Positions 17,773-27,093 of a stretch of DNA of 36,061 nt are shown piece by piece. This DNA is from a virus (taxonomy: Duplodnaviria > Caudoviricetes), in the IMG/VR virus record IMGVR_UViG_3300009183_002303, positions 1 through 36,061 of that record; one strand, given 5' to 3'. Each line of letters opens with the position of its first letter. The first letter of the stretch is position 1. Below the pieces are notes generated by a model. The model was given only the letters and a program-made list of their open reading frames with translations. It ran no database searches and had not been told where the DNA came from. A program made the position numbers and the translations under genes.

Positions 17773-18527
17773 AAGAGGAATTAGAAAAGTTATGCAACGT
17801 AGTTGAATTTGACGGAGTGTACTTGCCTATCAATCCTTCTTGGAAAAATATAGCAATTAGTTTAAGCGGCGGTGCAGATAGTGCATTACTAGCATATCTA
17901 ATATGTAGTAATTTAAAAAATGTTAACGTACATGTAATCAGTAATATTAGAATGTGGAGATCACGTCCATGGCAACGGACAATTTCCGTTGAGATTTTCA
18001 ACTGGTTAAAAAATAGATTTCCAGAGCATAATTTTTACAGGCACGAAAATCTTATCAGTCCAGAATTAGAACACGGATCTATTGGGACCACTATAAAAGA
18101 TAGATTTGGTAATATGAAATCTGGTGATCAAATCATGTCCCGCAGTTTTGCAGAATACATTGGGCACTATAATAACATAGAGATTTGGTTCGCAGGTATT
18201 ACTCGCAATCCTAAATTAGATTCAATTACTATGCGACCAACTGATCGAAATGTAGACTATTCTGACAAAACAGATATATCGCTAATGCTACTTAAATTTG
18301 GATCTGCTTTGGTATCCCATCCGTTTGTATTTGTCAGCAAGGATTGGGTTGTAAAACAATACAAGGATTTAAATATACTTGATTTGTTTAACGCCACTCG
18401 CAGTTGTGAAGGTGAGTTTGAAGGATTAGATTATCTAACATATACTCCAGGACAGTATGTTCCTGTATGCAAGAAATGTTTTTGGTGCCAAGAACGAACT
18501 TGGGCCAAACAGGAAAACGGACTATGA
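17769..18527 (+). CDS. QueC-like PP-loop ATP pyrophosphatase
   Basis: SLSGGADS; TRSCE...CKKCFWCQER; ATGA-coupled start. Confidence 0.75.
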   Translation: MKEELEKLCNVVEFDGVYLPINPSWKNIAISLSGGADSALLAYLICSNLKNVNVHVISNIRMWRSRPWQRTISVEIFNWLKNRFPEHNFYRHENLISPELEHGSIGTTIKDRFGNMKSGDQIMSRSFAEYIGHYNNIEIWFAGITRNPKLDSITMRPTDRNVDYSDKTDISLMLLKFGSALVSHPFVFVSKDWVVKQYKDLNILDLFNATRSCEGEFEGLDYLTYTPGQYVPVCKKCFWCQERTWAKQENGL

Positions 18528-19420
18528 ATAAAGTAACTAGCCGTTGGCCACATCAGAGTAGTATTAAGATTGAATGGAATCTTGGCAAACGATGTAATTA
18601 CGATTGTAGTTACTGCCCGGCAAGTATACACGACAACTCTAGCGCACATACTGATATAGAAACGCTTAAGGCAACGGTAGACAAGTTGATGACATTAGGC
18701 AAACCTATACGTCTTAGCTTTACAGGCGGTGAACCGTGTGTGCATCCTAAATTTTTAGAGTTGGTCAAGTATTGTAAACATGTAGGCATTACATGGATCA
18801 GTGTAACAACCAACGGTACACTGCCATACGAATTTTATTCAGCACTAGAAGCAGATCAGATTGTGTTTAGTATACACTTAGAGTTTGACTGGAGGCGTGT
18901 ATTCAATACTGTGGAAAGTGTAGTAGATTTAACAAACAAAAAAGTTATAGCACAAATAATGGCACATCATGATTACATGGATGCTGTATTACAATTACGT
19001 GCTAAATGTTTGTTAGCACACATTCCTAATACTGTAAGACGTATACGCTGGACAGAAGGCGATCACGATTTGTTTGATGACATGCGTTACAACGCAAACG
19101 ATTTAAACTGGCTTAAAGAACAAGAAGCTACCGTAGAAGGTAATTGTGTAATCGATGCTACACAAATTATGCATGCCAACGATGTAATAAAATTGAATAT
19201 GAACAAATACAAAGGTTGGACTTGCAACGCAGGTATAGAAAGCCTAATGATAAATTGGGACGGAGATGTACACAGAGCGACTTGTAGAGTCGGTGGTAGT
19301 CTTGGCAACATATATGAAGGCAACTTCGTTGCTCCTAGCGAACCCGTAACTTGTGACCGTAATTTCTGTACCTGCGCGGCAGACATTCCATTGACAAAAT
19401 ATGCGACTTCAAACAATTAA
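18524..19420 (+). CDS. radical SAM protein with C-terminal twitch/SPASM-like domain
   Basis: CNYDCSYC; TGGEP; TTNG; CNAG...DG.V...C...GN...C...CTC. Start at 18524 (ATGA). Confidence 0.85.
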   Translation: MNKVTSRWPHQSSIKIEWNLGKRCNYDCSYCPASIHDNSSAHTDIETLKATVDKLMTLGKPIRLSFTGGEPCVHPKFLELVKYCKHVGITWISVTTNGTLPYEFYSALEADQIVFSIHLEFDWRRVFNTVESVVDLTNKKVIAQIMAHHDYMDAVLQLRAKCLLAHIPNTVRRIRWTEGDHDLFDDMRYNANDLNWLKEQEATVEGNCVIDATQIMHANDVIKLNMNKYKGWTCNAGIESLMINWDGDVHRATCRVGGSLGNIYEGNFVAPSEPVTCDRNFCTCAADIPLTKYATSNN

Positions 19421-20243
19421 CCCTTCTAAATATAAAAGACTATTTGCCTTTGGGTGTAGTTTTACAAGATACTATTGGCCGACTTGGGCCGACATTCTTT
19501 CACAGGATATTCCATACTACGAAAATTGGGGTTGGGGCGGTGCTGGCAATCTTTATATTTCAAATGCCATTATGGAGGCAAATAATAGGCACAAGTTTAC
19601 TAAAGATGATTTGATTGTAGTAATGTGGAGTCAAAAAGGTCGAGAAGATCGTTACGTTAATAACGAATGGATGGTAACTCCAGGAGCAATGCTAGAAGAG
19701 CGTTATGGTACTGACTGGATTAAAAGATTTTATGATGACCGTGGTGCAGTCATAAGAGATCTTGCATTAATACAATCAACGCAAATATACTTAGATACTT
19801 TAGATTGCGATTGGATTAACATGGCAATTAACAGTTTTGCCAACGGAGATGTTGATAAAATAAGAAAAACTGCTCCGGGGTATTTTAAAGGTAAAGCAGA
19901 CTGGAACGATGTTATTGTAGAGTTGCACAAAGGAACAATTTCAAATTTACTTAAAAATCAAGATGTGCTTACGTGCTACAAAGATGTATTTTTAAAAATA
20001 GAACCGTCAGTGTTTAATATACTACAAGACACTAAGGAATACAGATCACGTGGTAGACCTAACAATGGCGATGGGCATCCTACACCTGCTGAGATTTTAA
20101 AATATCTCGATTTAGTGTTTCCTAACAATACTATTAGCAGTGCGGCAAGAGAGTATGCGGTTTCGTTTGAAGAACAAATATGGAGTCAAAAAACTACTAC
20201 AGAAATTTTTGAATCTAAATCTGTTAAAATTGCTAGATTATAA
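19401..20243 (+). CDS. SGNH/GDSL-like hydrolase or acyltransferase
   Basis: FGCSFT (block I), NWGWGGAGN (block II), DGHPTP (block V). Confidence 0.65.
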   Translation: MRLQTINPSKYKRLFAFGCSFTRYYWPTWADILSQDIPYYENWGWGGAGNLYISNAIMEANNRHKFTKDDLIVVMWSQKGREDRYVNNEWMVTPGAMLEERYGTDWIKRFYDDRGAVIRDLALIQSTQIYLDTLDCDWINMAINSFANGDVDKIRKTAPGYFKGKADWNDVIVELHKGTISNLLKNQDVLTCYKDVFLKIEPSVFNILQDTKEYRSRGRPNNGDGHPTPAEILKYLDLVFPNNTISSAAREYAVSFEEQIWSQKTTTEIFESKSVKIARL

Positions 20244-21545
20244 CAAATCGCCCAACTCTGGAAATATTTTTCTAAAATCTGTTCCACGTTGTTGATCCGT
20301 TACAGTTAAATAATCCTCAAGCATAGGAAGTTTGTTAGACCAATCTTCTGCCATCATGTACTGTACTAATCCTTGCCAACGTTTAACTCCGTATGGGTTA
20401 GTCATAAATTCGTTATCAGATAATCGTCGAGAACAGAAATAGTCAACTTGTTTTACAACTTTGTCTTTTAAATGTTGTGGAAGTACTCTAACATTTAGAT
20501 AGCTAGGTAAGTATACTAAGTGTGTTCCTATTAAGCCGGCGCCGTAAGGAGGCAAGTTAATCTTTTTGAAGTTTTTACTTTCCTTCCAATGCACTAAGTC
20601 TGGTATATTCATTACATTTAACAACTGCACAGCGCAGGCAATATTAACTGTAATGTTGTTAGGAGTATCGTCTAGTCTTTCTAAGTTGGTAACAACATCA
20701 CTCCATTTGCTAGGATAACGTATATAATCATTACGGACGCCTACTGCATCGACACTAAAGTTGAATTTAACTTCTTTAAAATGTTTCCATAAATCAAATA
20801 ATTTTTCTGGAAGTTCAAGCCCGTTAGAATTATAACGCAAGACGCATAATTTGGCGGCACCTGTTTCCACCATAAACTCTAATATCTTGTAGTGTTCAGG
20901 GATTAACAGAGGTTCTCCGCCTGCAAAATAAAGCTCGCGAATATTATATGCTTGCAAACGCATATCACTTAGGAAACTACCTTTCTTATACCACGTATAA
21001 TCAAAGTCGCTATTCCATTGCTGATCTTGTTTTAGTTCAATAGTTTTATATTTAGGATATTGCAGTTTCCACTCTTTAATCCAACTGCTACTATCGTGTG
21101 GACTACACATAATACATTTAAGTTGGCACAAATTTCCTAAGCGCAAATCAAAATAAGGAATGTCTACAGGTAAACTACCATCTTTGCCGGTAGCATCTAT
21201 AATAGTTGGCATATCCAATCGTTCGTTCCAAACTACGGATTCCCATTGACGTTTACTTACAATACCTTTAGATTCTTCTTCAAAGCATTTGGTACAGCTT
21301 GGAGGAACTTTATTATCTAGCATTTGAAGGCGAACTGCCTTCATATAGTCACTATTCCAAACTTCGGCAATGGAATGTGTTTGCAAATTCATAACTTGGC
21401 CGTTTTGCTTTACAAGGCCAACATCTTTAACATCCTCTTCACCTGCGCCACTAGCATTAGCAGTACAACACACACGAACATCGCCGTTAGGGCGAGTAGC
21501 AAGATGTATCCATGGCAAAGGGCATATAGATGTTTTATTTGTCAT
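20238..21545 (-). CDS. radical SAM protein with N-terminal SPASM/twitch-like domain, paralogue of 16525-17772
   Basis: ICPLPW...VCC...CTKC; CQLKCIMC; AGGEP; YIRYPSKW. Confidence 0.85.
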   Translation of the reverse strand: MTNKTSICPLPWIHLATRPNGDVRVCCTANASGAGEEDVKDVGLVKQNGQVMNLQTHSIAEVWNSDYMKAVRLQMLDNKVPPSCTKCFEEESKGIVSKRQWESVVWNERLDMPTIIDATGKDGSLPVDIPYFDLRLGNLCQLKCIMCSPHDSSSWIKEWKLQYPKYKTIELKQDQQWNSDFDYTWYKKGSFLSDMRLQAYNIRELYFAGGEPLLIPEHYKILEFMVETGAAKLCVLRYNSNGLELPEKLFDLWKHFKEVKFNFSVDAVGVRNDYIRYPSKWSDVVTNLERLDDTPNNITVNIACAVQLLNVMNIPDLVHWKESKNFKKINLPPYGAGLIGTHLVYLPSYLNVRVLPQHLKDKVVKQVDYFCSRRLSDNEFMTNPYGVKRWQGLVQYMMAEDWSNKLPMLEDYLTVTDQQRGTDFRKIFPELGDLL

Positions 21546-22617
21546 TGTTTAAGATTTTTTGTTTGTCTATTTTTATAAAAGGGCTATTAGGGCCGCACAT
21601 GATTATACAAGTACTACTTGATTTTTCAGTCCATTTCTTTTGCCACATTGTTTGCCACGCATCAGTTTCTACTATATTTTTAAGGCCTAATTCTAAAACA
21701 TTTAATTTATTAAATCCTAGTACTTGTTGTTGTATAATGGCGCCTTCTTCTAAGACAGAATCGTCTTCATATAAACTGTATTGCTTTAATAAATTGCTAT
21801 CATAGTTCGTATATAAGAACGCACCTATCATACAGCACGGGCTTAATGTATATTGAGCATCAATGTATAGTTCTTTGTTGCGTAGACTTTGGCAATCTAT
21901 AATTTCAGCGCCAGCCCATTTTTGATGCCCGGCTACCTGTTTACGTCCAATAAACTCTACTATCGTATCTTCTGGCTGTTCTATATTATAAATGAACTTG
22001 CCGCCTTTATCAACTACTGGGAACGGTCGGCTAAATCGTTTACTATTTTTTACAGTAAATTTTTTAAATCCTAGTTCACAGGATAATTGTTCAGCTTGTT
22101 TAACTTGGTGTTGATTATGTTTAAATCTAATAAAGCACCATTCCGCTTTGCCGCCCGAGTTAATAAATGCACTTGAGTTTTTTATTATCTTATCAAAATC
22201 TGTACCAATACGATATGTTGAATGTGTATCCTCTAAGCCATCCAATGCAAACACTACTATATGATTAGTGGGCAAACTTTCTGCTAAACTGCGCCACCAG
22301 TTTTCACTACGGGCACTGCCATTAGTATGGATCTGTAATTCTATTGTTGGGGATACAGAAGATACATAACTACACATTTTAATTAAATCGTTGTTAAGAA
22401 TAGGATCTCCAAAGTCTCCACAAAAATTTAATAATCTAAGTTGAGATAACACATCAACCGTAAATATTTTTACAAAATTATCGTAAGTCCAATCATTCAA
22501 TTTAAGTAGCGGGTTATCTATGCCGCCGTGAATGTTTCGAGGACACATTGGGCAACTAGCTTGACAACGGTTAGTTATTTCAATTTGTATCATTTCTAGC
22601 TGGTTAAATTTAAACAT
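21535..22617 (-). CDS. radical SAM protein with C-terminal Cys-rich domain
   Basis: CQASCPMC; CGDFGDP; HTNG; ALDG; C...YID....PCC...CIIMC. Confidence 0.85.
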   Translation of the reverse strand: MFKFNQLEMIQIEITNRCQASCPMCPRNIHGGIDNPLLKLNDWTYDNFVKIFTVDVLSQLRLLNFCGDFGDPILNNDLIKMCSYVSSVSPTIELQIHTNGSARSENWWRSLAESLPTNHIVVFALDGLEDTHSTYRIGTDFDKIIKNSSAFINSGGKAEWCFIRFKHNQHQVKQAEQLSCELGFKKFTVKNSKRFSRPFPVVDKGGKFIYNIEQPEDTIVEFIGRKQVAGHQKWAGAEIIDCQSLRNKELYIDAQYTLSPCCMIGAFLYTNYDSNLLKQYSLYEDDSVLEEGAIIQQQVLGFNKLNVLELGLKNIVETDAWQTMWQKKWTEKSSSTCIIMCGPNSPFIKIDKQKILNNDK

Positions 22618-24157
22618 TTGATTTCCAGCTTAACTTTTTATCGATATAAGTTTGCACAAAGTTTTTAAATTTATCGTCGGAAGTATTTAAATTAGATAAC
22701 TTATAATCGTATACATTTTCATATTGATTTGTTTCGTGGTATACAAACAGCCTGTCAGTTAAGAACGGATTACAACCTCTAAGGCCTTTGAAACCATTGT
22801 CTGAATAAAATTCTTGAACTAAGGTTTCTGCTTGGTACCAATCCATAGTATCATGTTTCCAGATAACGACATCATTTCTAGTGCTACCCACGCCACCACC
22901 CCTAGGAGTTGTAGATTGGAATAGAACATTACCGCTATCGTCTTTAGTTACAGTATATCCAGGATTTTGTCTAGCTTCTAATTTAACTAAGCCGTTGCCT
23001 ACAAGTTCTTTAGTAAAACGACTTTGATTTGTTAATGTTTCATCATAGTCGGGAACTTCTAAAATATGGGCACTGGCACTTTGTCTAGACCATTTAGTGT
23101 TTAACCATTCTAACGAGTTGTTCCATGACTCTACACTTTCGCCTGGTATACCACAAATCATCTGTATGTTTGCTCTGTAGCGTTTAGGTGCATGTATGTC
23201 AGTATAGGCTTGAAAGTCTAACAAACCGTCTTGTAACTTTTCAGGATCCATTCCCTTACGTACAAGTTTACCAGCCGCATGATTAAATGTTTCAATACCC
23301 ATACTATGTCCAAGGAAGCCTAGACGGATATAAGTATCCCAATGCTCACGATGTTTGACAACTAAGTCTCCACGAGCAAATCCACATATCCAAGGATTGT
23401 AATTTAATTCATCTACCGCATCGGCATACTTCTGTAATTTCTCAGGACGATCATTAAATGTTTCGTCCATAACACGCCAGTTCTTAATACCCCATTTTTC
23501 AAATCCTGTTTGCATTTGCAGTTTAAATTGTTCTTTGCTTACACTAACATCTTTAGCCTGTCCTATGATAGGAAAGTTACAATAACTACAACTAAACATA
23601 CAGCCTCGGGCAGTTTCAATCTGCGGGCACTCGTATGCTAACATGAAATCTCTAGCTTCGTAATCAACAAGGTAACTGTCTAATGGCGCACTTGGATAGT
23701 GATGCAAACCGCGTATAACTTTCTTGTTTCCAAAGAAAGCAGAGTCTGTCATTAACGGTGCTCCTAGTGTTCCTACAAGATGCTTACACAATGCCAATAT
23801 AGCATTTTCACCATAACTGTCAACCCAATAGTCCACCCCTTGTGCCGGAGTAGTCAACGCATTGTTTCCTCCTATTACAACTGGAATAGTAGGATATGAT
23901 AGTTTAAGCCATGCTATGAATTCGTTTAAGTAAGGACTCCATGGATTTAAAAATGCTGTGCCAAAACAAAACATAACTGTATTTGTATTAGTGCGGGAAC
24001 GAACTAGTTCTTGTAATTCTTCCAATTGCCAAAACGCAGTAAAATCTACCACTTCGGCATCCCAATCGTTCATCCGTAAAAATGTTGCTACACGATGTGT
24101 CCACAAGGATCTTTCCCAGCGTTTACCTGTTAAACTAAAAAATATTGCGTGTCTCAT
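22610..24157 (-). CDS. B12-binding-domain (BchE / class B-like) radical SAM protein
   Basis: N-terminal VATFLR...EVVDF...VVIGG...GE pattern; ETARGCMFSCSYC; DETFN; MGIETF; GIPGES. Confidence 0.75.
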   Translation of the reverse strand: MRHAIFFSLTGKRWERSLWTHRVATFLRMNDWDAEVVDFTAFWQLEELQELVRSRTNTNTVMFCFGTAFLNPWSPYLNEFIAWLKLSYPTIPVVIGGNNALTTPAQGVDYWVDSYGENAILALCKHLVGTLGAPLMTDSAFFGNKKVIRGLHHYPSAPLDSYLVDYEARDFMLAYECPQIETARGCMFSCSYCNFPIIGQAKDVSVSKEQFKLQMQTGFEKWGIKNWRVMDETFNDRPEKLQKYADAVDELNYNPWICGFARGDLVVKHREHWDTYIRLGFLGHSMGIETFNHAAGKLVRKGMDPEKLQDGLLDFQAYTDIHAPKRYRANIQMICGIPGESVESWNNSLEWLNTKWSRQSASAHILEVPDYDETLTNQSRFTKELVGNGLVKLEARQNPGYTVTKDDSGNVLFQSTTPRGGGVGSTRNDVVIWKHDTMDWYQAETLVQEFYSDNGFKGLRGCNPFLTDRLFVYHETNQYENVYDYKLSNLNTSDDKFKNFVQTYIDKKLSWKSNV

Positions 24158-25245
24158 GCTATTATTGTATTTTTAATTTCTATAAAATCTTGGTAGTCTT
24201 TGGCTTTAGGTATACACATACCGCACCCGCAACGTTTGTTAGGACATACTATAAATTTATCTTTTTGCTCAAGTCGGTTTCTTAAATCTTCAAGTAACTT
24301 ATCACTATCATCTAAATTACCAATTGGGCCACGCTGTTCGTCGTACAATGCTTGGCAGGTTTGGTGATGATAAACTAAATTTGTTTCTTGGTCAACATAT
24401 AAGAAATACCAATCGACCATACAATTCCATTTTTCAAAATTAGTATTAATTAATTTAATAGGTTGCCATGCCCCGTCAACTTTGCCTTCCACACATCGAC
24501 CGCCACAACAAGCACGGCCTAGTTGGTCTCCACCTGCAACTGATTTAGGCTTGTCTTCCAATCCCATCTCGGTCCAAAACCATGCTTGCTGTTCCTTTGA
24601 ATATTCATGACTAGTTCTGCGATTTGTGCCGTCTGCATCAATAAACCAACCTTTACGTATAATTGCACCATCACCAATTGGTCTTGGATTTGCACGTATT
24701 CCTTGTTCTTTTAATTGATTGTATACTCCAGTTGTTTCTTCCCAATGGTCTGCATGTAACATTACATTAACTTGTAGCTTAACATCTGTTTTGGATAATG
24801 CTATGATGTTTTTTATTGCACGTTCTTTTAACTTAGGATCTGCTTCTGCATGGTAGCTGATAGTTACATGGTTAATTGTATCTATAATCTTCTTAGAATA
24901 ATTTTCTCCCCAGGCTCCGTTAGTAGTAAGACCTAGATAATAAAATTCAGGCTGAGACTTAATATGATCTAGTAGATTCCAGAAATTAGGATTGGCAGTT
25001 GGTTCGCCCCCTGTAAAATTAATATTAGTGTGCGTATCTTGTTTACGTTTAGAATTATACAAGTTAGCCCATGATTGTATAAAGCTAAATGTCTTTTTAA
25101 ATTCTTCTAAACTTTTAAAATTACTAGTATTGTTATGTCTGGATGATTCACAATAAGAGCAGTCGTAGTTACATCGTTTGCCAGTATCCCAAACAACTGA
25201 AAATGACTCATTATTAGAATTGCGTATTGCGGAAGTTTCAATCAT
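24154..25245 (-). CDS. radical SAM protein, paralogue of 18524-19420
   Basis: CNYDCSYC; FTGGEPT; TTNG; ISYHAE; CPNKRCGCGMC. Confidence 0.85.
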   Translation of the reverse strand: MIETSAIRNSNNESFSVVWDTGKRCNYDCSYCESSRHNNTSNFKSLEEFKKTFSFIQSWANLYNSKRKQDTHTNINFTGGEPTANPNFWNLLDHIKSQPEFYYLGLTTNGAWGENYSKKIIDTINHVTISYHAEADPKLKERAIKNIIALSKTDVKLQVNVMLHADHWEETTGVYNQLKEQGIRANPRPIGDGAIIRKGWFIDADGTNRRTSHEYSKEQQAWFWTEMGLEDKPKSVAGGDQLGRACCGGRCVEGKVDGAWQPIKLINTNFEKWNCMVDWYFLYVDQETNLVYHHQTCQALYDEQRGPIGNLDDSDKLLEDLRNRLEQKDKFIVCPNKRCGCGMCIPKAKDYQDFIEIKNTIIA

Positions 25246-26318
25246 AGGGTTTCTCTTTCAGCAAACTGGTCAATTGGTTTGCTTAATGCATTAGTTCCGC
25301 AAGCTCTAGCACACGTTACCATTTTAGGGTCTGACCAATATCGATCCCACACCGTTTGATAGACCTCAGAGTCTACAATAGATTTAATACTGCGATACTG
25401 TGTATCGATGTTGTTGATTCCACCAAAGTCTTCAATCATAGCATTGTATTGGTCTACTATTACTTGCCTAACTTCTAGTATAGAAGATCCATCTTCTGTA
25501 TAGTTGTAAGGAGTACTTGCTAGCCAGCAACAGGGAAATACTCTGCCAAACGCATCTATGTAGATTTCTTTGTTTTGCTGTGCATAGCAATTGATTGTGC
25601 TGGCCGCTACTATTTGTTTATAGCTGTCAAGTACCTTGCGGTCAATAAAAACAATTTTACTTTCATTAGCTGGTTCAAGATAGTGTGTTACTTTGCCTAG
25701 TTTATCAAGTACAGGGAATTTGCTTTCTAGTACAAATCTACTGCTGTCTTTCATAACAAATCGTTGAAATCCTAATTCGCTTGCAATAGATTTGGCAGTT
25801 TCTACTTCGTGGGCATTGTGTTTAAATCTAATAAATGCCCATTCGGCAATGCCACCGGCTTTTATATAGGATACTGCATTGCGAAGTATTTGATTATAAT
25901 CAGTACCTATGCGATATAAACTATGCGTTTCATCCAGCCCGTCTATAGCAAACACTACTAAATGATTCTCTGGCATTGCGCGAGCAAGACGTTCCCACCA
26001 ACTGCTATTTCTAAGGCTACCGTTTGTATGTATTCTAATTTCAATATTTGATTTATACTTGACACTGTATTCAATCATTTCTATTAAATCGTTATTAAGC
26101 AACGGGTCACCAAAATTACCGCAAAAATATAAGGCGTCAACTTGATCCAGCACTTCTTGATTTATTGTATGTTTAAAATGTTCAAGAGTCCAGCTGTTAA
26201 TTTTAATTAACGGATTATCAACACCGCCGTGGTGATTGCGACTGCACATGGGACAACTAGCTTGGCAGTTATTTGTTATTTCTAAATGTATTTGTTTCAG
26301 TTCAGAGAATTTAAACAT
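25242..26318 (-). CDS. radical SAM protein, paralogue of 21535-22617
   Basis: MFKF start; CQASCPMC; CGNFGDP; FPCC; CARAC. Confidence 0.85.
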   Translation of the reverse strand: MFKFSELKQIHLEITNNCQASCPMCSRNHHGGVDNPLIKINSWTLEHFKHTINQEVLDQVDALYFCGNFGDPLLNNDLIEMIEYSVKYKSNIEIRIHTNGSLRNSSWWERLARAMPENHLVVFAIDGLDETHSLYRIGTDYNQILRNAVSYIKAGGIAEWAFIRFKHNAHEVETAKSIASELGFQRFVMKDSSRFVLESKFPVLDKLGKVTHYLEPANESKIVFIDRKVLDSYKQIVAASTINCYAQQNKEIYIDAFGRVFPCCWLASTPYNYTEDGSSILEVRQVIVDQYNAMIEDFGGINNIDTQYRSIKSIVDSEVYQTVWDRYWSDPKMVTCARACGTNALSKPIDQFAERETL

Positions 26319-27093
26319 TTTTTATTTTATTCTTAAATTCTTCAGTAAACACCCCGTCAATGCGTACAGCGTATGCCGGCTCCGGAATAGGATCGCCACC
26401 ATGTGTGTCCTTGTCGTTCCACCATCCTACACGGGACTCTATGTAAAATCGTTCTTTGGTTTCTGCATTGTAAACGTAAAACGGACGCTTTGTATTGACC
26501 CTGACGTGTATAAATTCTGAATCAGTATTTGATTCAGGGTCTGCTAAATTGTCTCTATGTTCAAATGAAATTCCAAACGAATCAACAGATACTATGTAGG
26601 CCCTGCCCACGTGTGTAAATATTCCAGCCGTTACTAGACTTTCTATCCATGCCAGTAGCGAAGGAAAATATTCTGCAATTTCGTTTGGTGGACGTTTTTT
26701 AGGATCAGCTTTCCAACCAGGAACGCCATCCCAGAAATTATAAACAGTATAGTGGTCGTGAGCACCGTAAGCATATTTCATAAATTCAACAAATGCGTGA
26801 TTGTCCTGATCGCGAATGGCCAATCCTGTTTGCTTTAACGGATCGTCGTCTGGCAATGCCATAAATTCTTCATACGCATGAAACATCGGTTTAACTTTGT
26901 CAAACACATAGCTACGCTGTTCGTCTACGATTGGATTTCTAAATTGTCCACGTATTGTTAATTTTTTAGACAATGCCATACCTTTCAGTATATCAAGTTG
27001 AATAGCATCAAACGTTGTTAAGTCAATAAGATGTTCTAATTCAAAATGTGTTTGTCCGTAAGACCCAATCATTCCAGGTTTAACTGCCGGCAT
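26311..27093 (-). CDS. Fe(II)/2OG oxygenase-fold protein, paralogue of 13312-14118
   Basis: FEHRD...EFIHVR...WWND..THGG...YAVRIDG. Confidence 0.6.
   Translation of the reverse strand: MPAVKPGMIGSYGQTHFELEHLIDLTTFDAIQLDILKGMALSKKLTIRGQFRNPIVDEQRSYVFDKVKPMFHAYEEFMALPDDDPLKQTGLAIRDQDNHAFVEFMKYAYGAHDHYTVYNFWDGVPGWKADPKKRPPNEIAEYFPSLLAWIESLVTAGIFTHVGRAYIVSVDSFGISFEHRDNLADPESNTDSEFIHVRVNTKRPFYVYNAETKERFYIESRVGWWNDKDTHGGDPIPEPAYAVRIDGVFTEEFKNKIKNV

Noticed and set aside
10463-18527. 7-deazaguanine DNA-modification (dpd/que) cluster
   Set aside because: Only QueC-like genes are seen. No folE, queD or dpdA is recognisable and none of the radical SAM proteins is clearly QueE. The genes could lie outside the window.
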